Shown here in pieces: positions 53,220 through 64,000 of a stretch of DNA of 64,000 nt; positions within the stretch are counted from its first letter, which is position 1; the number at the start of each line of letters is the position of its first letter. This stretch comes from Octopus vulgaris (lineage: Eukaryota). The stretch covers positions 4,650,001-4,714,000 of the forward strand of contig OX597822.1 in assembly GCA_951406725.2 (NCBI GenBank), written 5' to 3'. The notes under the pieces were generated by a model, which saw only the letters and a list, made by a program, of their open reading frames with translations, made no database searches and had not been told where the DNA came from. The position numbers were made by a program, and so were the translations under genes.

Positions 53220-53536
53220 CACACTCTTGCTACCAAAATCTAGCAGTTTTCTTTATAGTCTCTCTACCCTGTGTCCTGTGTATATAAATTTAACCGTCCA
53301 CTTTCTTTATATGCTGTCTATCCAATGTCTATGTTTATCCATATATTATATTCTGTTTATTTAATGTCTATATGTTTAACTGTTCTCTCTATATTTCTCT
53401 CTCTCCCTAATGTCTATCTCTATGAATTCTCTTTGTAAATTGTCTATCCTATGTCTATCTTTACCCAGTCTCATTCTATCCAATATCTATATTTACAGTG
53501 GAAATATAACAATCCATTCTATGTGCAATCCCAGCT

Positions 53537-53610
<74 letters not shown>

Positions 53611-53627
53611 ATAATAATAATAATAGT
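53537..53627. repeat. Compound (CTG)n(CTA)n(ATA)n microsatellite
   Basis: Direct reading. Confidence 0.9.
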
Positions 53628-53843
53628 AACAAAAATAATCCTTTCTGCTGTAGGCCACAAAGCCTGAAATTTGGGAGAGAGGCAAATTGGTTACATTGAC
53701 CCCAGTGCACAACTGGTATCTATTTCACTGATCCCATGAAAGTAAAGTTGACCTTGGTGAAATTTGAACTCGGAATGTAAAGAAGGATGAAATGCTGCTA
53801 AACATTTTGTTCAGCATGATAATGATCCTACCAACTGGCTCCC

Positions 53844-53908
<65 letters not shown>

Positions 53909-56900
53909 CATCATTTAATGTCAGCTTTCCATGCTGGTATGGGTTAGATGGCTTGACAGGAGCTGGCAAGGCCAGGGTCCATACCACGTTCCATAGTCTC
54001 TCTTGGCTTGGTTTCTACAGCGGGATGCCCTTCCTAATGCCCACCACTTCATAGAGTCTACTGGGTACTTATTACGTGGCACCATACCCAGTGCTTCTTA
54101 CATGGCATCATCACCAGTACATTTTATGTAATAATAATAATAATATTAATCTTTTACTTTTTCATGTAATTCTAATATCTTTGAACTAACAGAAGTTTGT
54201 TCTGCTAAATGAAGTTTTAGTCACAATAGCTTGTACTAAGGGAATATATGAAGTACCAAGTGTTCAGAAGATTTAAATTTATTAACTTCTAAAAGTTTGA
54301 AGCAAGCAAATTGCTAAGTGTTGTATTCATGTCAATGTGGATGAGAATTGATTCATTCATGAACAGTGAGCTAAGACAAGCACGGAATGCATTTCAGGAT
54401 TACAAATGCAAGATGTATGTGTGTGATTTGTGTTGGAGAAGATTGAAGCGGTATGACCATACAGAAGAGATATGCAGCAAGAAGATGTTAAATATAAGCA
54501 GATAATTTAGAAGACATGGATTTAGCGAGTAACTAAGCTTGCAAGAATGTGATTGCGTATGCAGTTTGAAATGGAATTAAATGGAAAGACACTGATAGTT
54601 TATATTGAGAAACTGATAAACTAAAACAAAAATTAAGCCAGAATTTTATGATTCTGTGATATACTGATGCTTAGTGATTGAGTCATTCGGAATATATTAA
54701 ACTATGTTATAAACATCAGCATTTGAAGTTGCCTGCAATGGAAAAATTTGGTTCAGAAATCTTTCTTGAAGAAGGACTTTACATTAAAAGATCAGAATTC
54801 TCCTCTTTTCTTGGTACAAGAGCATTAATCCATTTGTGCATTTTATAAGCCAATCTTTAGGATTATGAGTTCAAACCACTGTATTAAGCACTGTAAGGAT
54901 CTTTCAATCAAAGCCTATGTCTGTTTGTTACAGTCCTACTAACTGGAAAATGGGGTCCTCTCTGGTAATGATTTTTGAGGTTGGTATTAAGAAAATTGGA
55001 GTGTAAGAGGCTGCTGAATAGAGGAAGGACCTTTGGAGTCTGACAGCTGCACCTTGCTGGGGATGATCAGTTGTACAGGTACCACTGGTCCTCATTCAAC
55101 TCCTAATCTCCCACTTGATGGCTTCTAGTGCCACACCCCAGTACTCCCATTTCAACTAGTGGGAAAAACCAAGTGAGGGGATGGTGTTAACATTGCATCA
55201 GTAGGTAAAAGATTAAGGCATCCCAAAGAGACACTGGCTAGTGTGGAGGAACCTGCTCAGGCCAACAATTTAGTAAGTGGGGTCAAATTGTCTCCCAAGT
55301 AGAGGCATATGGTTGTGGCTCACAGCTTGGAGAGGAATGGGCACTGCCAAGCTAACTTGCCCATGATACATTCATGAAGATGACAACCAGATCAGAACCC
55401 ATACTAAAATGGCTGTCATCCAGGATAACATAAGAAAGTGGATTGACCTCAATTTCAGTGACTCACAGAGGGCAGCAGAAGACAGAGAGAAGTAGTGAAA
55501 CCTGGTTCCAGCATCATCAACAAATGCTCCAATGACCACACAGTCGACGAATAGATAGGAAGGATTGAGAAAATCATCTTTCCACAAAAAGCATAGTGCC
55601 AATGATTTATTTAATAACAAGGGCTCAACTTATGGTAATCTTATATTCTTGGGTTTCTTAAAATAAGTTTCTACATGGTAATGTACTGTCCTGTATTGTA
55701 TTGAAAGCCTGCAATAAATTTCAGCCCCTGACACACCTTCAGAGCAGAGACATCAGATCACTGATCTCAGTTCTTCCTTGATGCACACTGCCAGCAGAGC
55801 AGCCATGTTTACTCTATAACATAAGAAAGGAAACTGGAGTGACCAAGGTCAAGAATCGGTTATATAACCACAAAAGTAACACTTTTAGCATGCAAATACT
55901 GAAGGCAGTGTGGCTAAACTAAAGAAAGTTTTGGCAAAAGTGTGGATAATTTTTGATGTCAATGTGCTGGTGTGTCTCCAACAACATAGTTGTGGTCTAG
56001 TACAGAGCAACAACAGGGTAACGCTGTTAGTAGAAGAGGTTAGGAAGGTGAAAGGAGAGGAATTTAAAACAAGGGTCTACTCACAGTTCATGTAATCTAT
56101 TAAAATCCCACCCTTTCACACTGCTTCTGTTTCCATTTTTTCAATTTTCCTTTCTCAGTTACTAATTGCTAATTTCTCAATTGTCCCTTTCTTCTACCTG
56201 TCCATTCCTCCTGTCGTGTTCACAAGTGCTTTAACTTATATTAACTTCTCTTAGCTTAGTGTCCCCTGTTTCATTTCATTCTAACACTACACTTCACTCT
56301 TCCCTTTCATCTTCACAACCTCTCCTACTAACGGCATTACCCTGTTGTCTCTCTGCAGTAAAATTTTTTGGCTTCCCCTAAAACTAGCTGTGTAATAGTG
56401 AAGCAGCGCCACCTATTTAGAATAGTTATTTAAAGTTACAAACGGTTGTTGAGTGACAAAGCTGTTAATACACCAACTCCTATCAACTCTTTCATTTCAT
56501 TCAAGTCAGAATTGTTTTATTTTCTTTTAACAGCTGAGAAATAGGAGAAGAATACTTTCCATGACCTCTTTTCAAGGGTCCTGTGACTGGTGGGAGAGAA
56601 AAGGGGGAAATTGTCATCAAACCTGAGATCTGGTCTGAATGTTTGCAACAGAGAGTACTCTGCTCCATTAAGAGTACGCAAAGGCCAGGTGTTGGTTTTA
56701 ATCCTTCAGTGTTTGGATTACTCTGTCAAATGTGATGCTCATTTAGTCATACTGCTTTCAGTTAATCATGTCTTATCTTGTAGCCTTGAGATTTCAATGA
56801 TGTGATTACTTATTTTTAGAGCAACATTGTAGGGTAGGTGTGAGAGACAGGATCTGGCTAGTTTGATCATAAAACAGGTAGAATATTTAGGTTGGATACA

Positions 56901-56988
56901 AACCAGTTTAAATGGTAAAGGGGTCAAACCGCAGTTAACTATACTATTTAAAAAATAAAAAAAACAAAAAACAAAAACCAAAACTCAC

Positions 56989-57115
56989 CTTTACTGTTCC
57001 TGCAGGTGCATATCCATTGAAAGGTGCGTACTCCACATGTTCGTTAGACCAATTAAAGTGTGACTGAAAGTACGTGTTGTTGCCATCTTGGATAAAAACT
57101 TGATTTGGTTCAGCC
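56989..57115 (-). CDS. Internal exon A of a GCPII/NAALADase/TfR-like (M28B) gene
   Basis: Acceptor tttatttcttttcAG, donor GTGAG; 127 nt; translates AEPNQVFIQDGNNTYFQSHFNWSNEHVEYAPFNGYAPAGTVK, similar to GCPII HPNYISI...PPFSAFSPQGMPE; phase 0 join to exon B. Confidence 0.9.
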
Positions 57116-58230
57116 CTGAAAAGAAATAAATAATTACATTACTCGTTAGAATCACCATTTCTTAAGGTACGTAATTAATCCGGTGCTTCTATGCAAGACT
57201 GAACTTGCAAGACTTTCTTACAATGAAATAACAATATTAGATTACCCAGAAAATTACAATTGTTAGATAATATTTTTCATATTCAAGTACAGAGAGCTGC
57301 GTAGAACTTGGATCTGACTTTGGTTTACTAATGGTTGTGTGAGTTAAAGTTAATGCAGGTTATCTAATAGGGACTTCAAATATAACATAAATAAATTAGA
57401 CAAGTGCAACAAAGCAATTAAATTAAACTGCATTTAAGACAGAAAGGATGGATTTTCTTCATGGAAGCTTTGGCTGCAATCTCTTGGCAGGTTAAATATA
57501 GAACTTATTTAAAGTTAGAGTGGCTGGTGGAAATTCAGTTATCCAGCAATAGCATTAAGACTTGAATAATCTAGTTAGCTACCTGGTTTTGTTAGGAACT
57601 AACTTGTTTGAGTTCAAGTTCTGTAAAAATTTACAACAGATTTTGAGTGCTAATAAAACTATGTCAGTAATAACACTTATATTGAATAAGCAGTTAAAAT
57701 AGCATGAAAATGAACAAACTAATTACCAATTAACTTGTGTGACTAGGTAGATATCAAGGAATGCTTCGTGTACATTCCTTAAACTTCTCTTGTTCTATTA
57801 GCTGGTATGTAATTTATAGGCTGTTTTGCATACTCTCTTCATTGTTTTTGTTTTTCTTTGGAGTGTTCTTGTGCAATTAGATTAGCTAATCCTGTAATAA
57901 TTGCTTAATTAGCTACTTCCACATCAAATTTGGTGCAACGAGACCCAAATTTGTTTAATTTCATATAAAATGCTAATACTAATATTGTTTTTTTTTATAT
58001 GTCAAGTTTCTATAGAATTCTGTCTTCTATTGTTAGTTGATCATTCTATCAGTGACACCGTTGTCAAGTTTTGTTATTTGCTTATTTCATAAGCACAGGC
58101 GTAAGAGCAAGGATCAAATAGCTGTAAACCATGAATTTCTATTTCACCATAGTGGAAGCAGAACCAACAGCTGAACATATGAGAAGGGGTAACAACAACT
58201 GTAATCCTGTAGAGACAGAATCAACTGTGT

Positions 58231-59900
58231 TAATTTTTTATTACCCACAATGGGCAAACAAAGAGGGGACAATACACAAGACAAAAAGTAGGACAAATGT
58301 ATGAATGAAAGAACGAAAAAATGAAAAAGAAAAAAGGAATGAAGCTACTCAGCCCCACCAACGTCATTTACACCCCTCCTCTTTTAAACCCAGTTCCTTT
58401 AGGAATGTCTATTTCATATTCTTTTAAAACATCTGTGTACTCTGTAATTAATGGCACCTCATTTCTGTCCAAGTTTACTTCCCAATACTCATTTCCATAA
58501 TCAGATCTATCTAATGTTTCTTGTTGTTCTTTGGTTAATAGAAGACCACAGTGCTGACCCTTCACATTATCAGACCCCTCAGTCTTCAAGTTTTTTATGT
58601 CTTTCCATGAAGCTCTCCTGGTTTAAGTTTCCATTTATGGCATATATTATACCCATAAAACTTTTTCCTTTAGCCGGGGGTGGGGTGGGTGGGAGTTTGA
58701 GGGTCCTTGTGTGCGTGTGTCTTTCTTTTTTGTTTTTGTGTCAGAGGGGAATGGGTAGGTTTGGTGTCTGTGGGGCTTAAAGGGTGTGGGTTGGGGTTTT
58801 AAGCCTGTATCGCTTGCCTTCTCTTGTTTTCTTTTGTTTCTTCCATGTTTCCTCCCTTTTCTCCATCGTTGGCAGCAAGGTCACTTCCTTTTTTCCTGTT
58901 TCCTCCACCAGTTCTTCCATTTCCTTCTCTTGTTCTTCCATTGTCTTTTTGGTTGGTATGGGTAGTTCACTCTAATGTAGCCTTTTAGCCCACATTTGTA
59001 TCATCAAGGGATTCTGCCCTCCACCTTTATCCTCATTCATCGTAATGCTTTCCGTTATCTTTTCCAATGTTTCCGCTTACCCTTGAATAGTCATTTCCAG
59101 TGTTTGTCCCTCCCACATTTTGCATTGTGTTCTAATGGTCTGGAGTACCGTTATATCATCCTCATTATCCATGAGGACTGCTGCTGCTATCCAGGCCATG
59201 TCTAACTCAGGCAGTAAACCATCTACCCTTACTCTGGTTGCACGTTGTCCCAGGTAAGTGGGTAGAAGGACTATTTCATCGTTCTCAATAGTTCCTGCTG
59301 CGTACCTTTTTGTTGTTGCCTTATCTTTCATCCTCACTTCCACAGTACTGAATTTTTTTCCTCTTGCCAGGTAAGTAATTTCATGCCAAATTGGCCATAG
59401 CACTTTCTCAATTTGGCTTGCTGTCATGATGTCTATTTTTCCTGCTTTAACTGAATACATCTTGAACATAATGGTTCCTTCCCTTATATCACTCAGTGTT
59501 TCCTGCAGTGGGGCAGGGCAGGTCCACATTATACCTGTCCCTACTTAGCAATCCTTTAAAACTTTCAATTTTCTCCATATCGATTTCATTGTCTTGGTTT
59601 TTTTTGCCACATCTGCAAACATTCTTTCCTTTTCAATATTTCTGTCTATCTTCCCAATCGCTCGCAATAGTTCATCTTCAGAAGATGATAACTCAGTAGA
59701 GCTGATGTCTGAATAGAACATCCTCTCCATTAGGCCAACTCTCCTCATAAGAGGAGGGAAAGCACAAACACACTGCCACAAGACAGCAAAAGACAATTAT
59801 CAAAAGTGTTCAAAAACACTGACACAAAAAATTAAACGTCCAAACATGATGAAAAACACTGGAAAAATAACGTTCTTACAACTTAGAACAACCTGGGATG
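58231..59900 (-). mobile_element. ORF1-only (HAL1-like) non-autonomous retroelement with 13-bp TSD
   Basis: GAATCAACTGTGT at 58218-58230 and 59901-59913; one interrupted minus-strand ORF about 59730-58368 with a degenerate zinc knuckle VEGRIP**YKCGLKGYIRVNYP; AATAAA at the 3' end; no EN or RT motifs seen. Confidence 0.75.
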
Positions 59901-62446
59901 GAATCAACTGTGTGTCCCAGTTTATTGTAATTGCAATATATAGAAAAATCGGACAAGTTCATATAAAACTTGTGCATGCTATGTGACTGGCAGTTTTTAA
60001 TTATTTAAACAAATGTACAGTGTTTGTTATACATTGATTACGAGTTCAATACACGACATTATAATTCTGCAAAACTGCATATCTGAAGTGGACTCTATAT
60101 GATTTGAAATCCACGTGTAAAGGGACAGAACTAAATGCTGTAATGAAATTGATTCTTCATACTGCTGTTTCTTCTATTCCAAAAATAAATAAGCAAGAAA
60201 AGAAGAGTCAAAGAGCTGTCAAAACAAAGAAAAAATGTTTGTGTACATAGCATAACATTTTTTGACACCTGTAATATGGTGATGATGTGTTCGTAATGGA
60301 AGCATTCGGTGATGTTTATGGAAAGATATTTTTATAAATATGAAACTTTTTGAAAGATTCTATTAAATATTGATTTTGAAAAGGATTATTTTAACTAAGA
60401 TGGGAATGAAATGAAATATATATGATTAAAAATTGAAATAATCCGGCATGTTCTTCATTTTTAATGAAATTTCTGTCAAAATTCTTTAAAACACATTATA
60501 ATACATTTCTTTTTCCACATTGTTAAACATGAGCAGAAGTACTATAAATTTAGAAACTAGTACTGAATCAATCTTTTTAATATTTGGTTAAAGCTATCAG
60601 AGGAAAGATGAGTGAGTTGGTAGGAAACTAAACTACTATCCAGTAAGAACTCTGTATTGTCTTTGGCACCAAAACTATTCATATTTATGATGCTCAACTC
60701 TCAATAGTTCAGTCCACCTATCTTTACTTCTTCTTGGATACAAATCAGCCCAAGACCATCTGTTCCTATTGAACATAAACATGTATTTTAAAATATTCAT
60801 CTGTAAATTAAACCCAGTCATCATAATTTTCTCTAAGAACCTTTGAAGTTATGTTCCAAACACTAGATTAATAACAACAAAGTTAGTTATTTTATAAAAT
60901 TCCTCTAAATTCTTGATTATTTTTAAAATTCATTTGAACACACAGAAAGGTTATATCTTTAGGAATCTGGTCAAAAAAGGATCAAGTAAATACTGTAGCA
61001 TGGGAACAATTCCCTGCTAGATATAGATACTTAGTTAGCATAGTACCAAATATAGTTAGGAGGAAGATGGGCTCAGTCCCTGCATAGATAAGATGTAAAC
61101 ATAAAGCCTAAAGCAACAGAAGAGAATATAGTCTGAGGTTTTATCATTTCTGTCTTGTTATTTATTGTCAGATTGGAAGAATTGGAAGAGCACAAGCAAA
61201 ATATTTTACAGAAATTGTTCCAGCTCTTTACATTCTGAGTTCAAATTCTATTGAGGTCAATATTTTATCAACCCTGTAGTTGATAAAATAAAGTACCAGT
61301 TGAATATTGGAGCTTTATTTTATCAACTAAGCCCTGCCCTTGAAACTGCTAGCCTTGTGCCTAAACCAGACACAATTATCACTATTATTATTATTAAAGA
61401 TGGAGTAGCACAGTTGATAAGAGAAACACAGAATAGCAAAATTTAGATAAATCATTCTTCTGCATGCACTTACGCCTGAAGTGGACCTTGCTATTCACTC
61501 TTTTATGATTGACAGAAGTACTAGGAATATATATTTGGTACAATTCAATAATTTTACCTACTTAAATTCATACATAAAATTTCACTTTCGGTCAGTCTAA
61601 AATAAATCTTTATATAAGGACACCACCACCGTCATCATCATCAGAAGCAGCGATATTACTTTAGTTAAGTGATTTAGAATAAAAGTAATATGTTGGCTAT
61701 CTAAAATGATAATTTGTCTGTGATTCCTAACTGAAATCGTTTTATTTACATAACTAATATTCTTGAGAATGGTAACAGAGTAGCATAAAATATTTTTATA
61801 TTCTGAGTTTAAATTGTGATGGGAGTCAACTTTGCCTTTAATTCCCAGAGGTTGGTAAAGTAAGTTATCAAACATATAATGTGAGTTGATTTAATCAGCC
61901 ATGCCCATCACGTGAAAGTTTGTTTTATTATGGTGTTGTGCAGTGCTGTATCTTCTGACTCTCCAACAGTGTCCTCTGCTGTTTATCTCATCTTGCTTCT
62001 TCTTGTTATTCATGCTGTGCACCCTTCTCCCTGCAACTGCTAACCGGTATGCCCAATCCTTTACTATTAGTGACAATTGAATATTTCCCTTTTGCTTTTA
62101 TATTGCTTATAGCTGCTTTTATTATTTCATAATTTTCACATTGCCATTTTGCTGAATCAGCCATTAATTTATGCGGTAAATACTATATTAGCTTAACCGT
62201 CAGTGATGGAGTAGACACTACTTTAATTACAAGCAAAACTAGCTTGCTAGTATAGTGATCTTGCTTGCTGTGGGGTGGTTATCTCCCCTGTCAGCACATA
62301 GAATGTGCTTTCTGTGCCCATAAGGGGTTTTCACTCTTGTTTGTAGCAATGCACCCTCAGTCACTATTAGTGACAACTGAATTTTTCCTTTTTGGTTTTA
62401 TATTGCATCTAGCCACCTTCGTTATTTTATATATATATATATATAT

Positions 62447-63433
62447 ATCATCATTATCATCATTGTTTAATGTCTGCTTTCCATGCTGGCATGGGTTGGA
62501 TGGTTTGACCGAGTACTGGCAAGCCAGGAGGCTGCACCAGGCTCCAATCTGATCTGGCAGGGTTTCTACAGCTGGATGCCCTTCCTAACGCCAACCACTC
62601 CGAAAGTGTAGTGGGTGGTTTTTATGTGCCACCAGGATGGGGACCAATCAGGCAGCACTGGCATCAACCATGCTCAAATGGTGCATTTTATGTGCCACCG
62701 GCACGGGTGCTAGTCAGGTGACACTGGCATTGGCCATGACTACGATTTTGCTTGGCTCAACAGGTCTTCTCAAGCACAGCATATTGCCTGCCAATTGAAG
62801 GATACTTTTAAATGGACTGGTTATACAACACTGGCATCAGTCACAGCTAAATCTCACGTGACTTGCCAGGTCTTCTCAATCACAGCATATCTCCAAAGGT
62901 CTCAGTCGCTTGTCATTGTCTCCGCGAGGCCCAATATTTGAAGGTCATGCTTCACCACCTCATCCCATGTCTTCCTGAGTCTACCTCTTCCACTGTTAGG
63001 GTGTGACACTTCTTCACACAGCTGCCCTCATCCATTCTTGCCACATGACCATTCCAGTTCTGTCGTCTCTCATGCACACCACATCTGATGCTTCTTATGT
63101 CCAACTTTTCTCTCAGGGCACTTCCACTCTGTTGTTTATGTACATTGACATTACACATCCTTCGGAGCATACTAGCTTCATTTCTCTCAAGCCTACGCAT
63201 GTCCTCAGCAGTCACAGCCCATGTTTTACTGCCGTGTAGCATGGTTGTTCACACACATGCATCATACAGTCTATCTTTCACTCTGAGTGAGAGGCCTTTT
63301 GTTACAAGCAGAGGTAGGAGCTCCCTGAACTTTGCCTAGGCTATTCTTATTCTAGCAGTTACACTCTCAGAGAATCCATCCCCACTACTGACTTGGTCAC
63401 CTAGGTAACAGAAGTTATCAACGACTTCTAGCT
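62447..63433 (-). mobile_element. RTE LINE 3' portion with (GAT)n tail
   Basis: LEVVDNFCYLGD, MLHGSKTWAVTAEDMRRLERNEASMLRRMC, WNGHVARMDEGSCVKKC. Confidence 0.9.
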
Positions 63434-63764
63434 TTTCCTAATCCCCATTTAATGTCCATTTTCTATGCTGGCATGGAGGGGATGGTCCAAAAGGAGCTGG
63501 CAAGCCAGAAGCCAATACTAATTTCCGTTATTTTGGCAGGGTTTCTATGACTTGATGGCCTTCCTAACACCACTCACTTTACAGCAAGTACTCTGGCTCT
63601 CCAGCTGTCAGACCAACCAATCTATGTCAGCATAGAAAATGGACATTAAATGGCAATTATATATATACAGGGTGTCCTAGTGATAACTATCTATTTCAAT
63701 GAAATCAGACAATTTTTTTTAAATCTCACTTTTATTTATGTTAAAAGTGTATAAATTTTTAATT

Positions 63765-64000
63765 TTACTCTTTACTCTCTCTTTTACTTGTTTCAGTCAT
63801 TTGACTGTGGCAATGCTGGAGCACCGCCTTTAATCAAGCAACTCGACCCCGGGACTTATTCTTTGTAAGTCCAGTACTTATTCTATCGGTCTCTTTTGCC
63901 GAACAGCTAAGTGACGGGGACATAAACACACCAGCATTGGTTGTCAAGCAATGCTAGAGGGACAAACACAGACACACAAACATACATGCACACACACACA
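63765..64000 (-). mobile_element. Young CORE-type SINE 3' half (cut by the window end)
   Basis: Near-identical to 46944-47170; follows a Tc1-like end tacagggtgtcc near 63666. Confidence 0.85.

Noticed and set aside
59077-59529. Upstream exon of the M28B host gene (same strand, G|GTAAG-like site near 59079)
   Set aside because: No similarity to M28B proteins, and it lies inside the TSD-bounded element where coding similarity continues into a zinc knuckle

Overview
AT-rich, microsatellite-dense eukaryotic genomic DNA. The SINE/LINE repertoire looks like that of an octopus (inference from remembered repeat families, not checked). Most of the window is intronic sequence of one minus-strand gene of the glutamate carboxypeptidase II / NAALADase / transferrin-receptor (M28B) family. 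Four in-frame GT-AG exons (56989-57115, 39487-39597, 15277-15460, 10662-10752; 513 coding nt) encode its PA domain and are separated by 17.4, 24.0 and 4.5 kb introns. The introns are packed with tRNA-derived SINEs, RTE, R4/Dong-like and Tx1/L1 LINE remnants, mariner/Tc1, hAT, piggyBac-like and Helitron non-autonomous elements. Best leads: (1) a TSD-bounded 1.67 kb ORF1-only retroelement sharing its 3' end with a SINE and a Tx1-like LINE in the same window; (2) a palindrome carrying a minimal hammerhead-ribozyme-like motif; (3) a hAT element containing a Helitron and two inverted SINEs; (4) replacement of the glutamate-binding residues in the host PA domain. Nearly all other ORFs in the track are spurious. 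Coordinates of decayed repeats are approximate.
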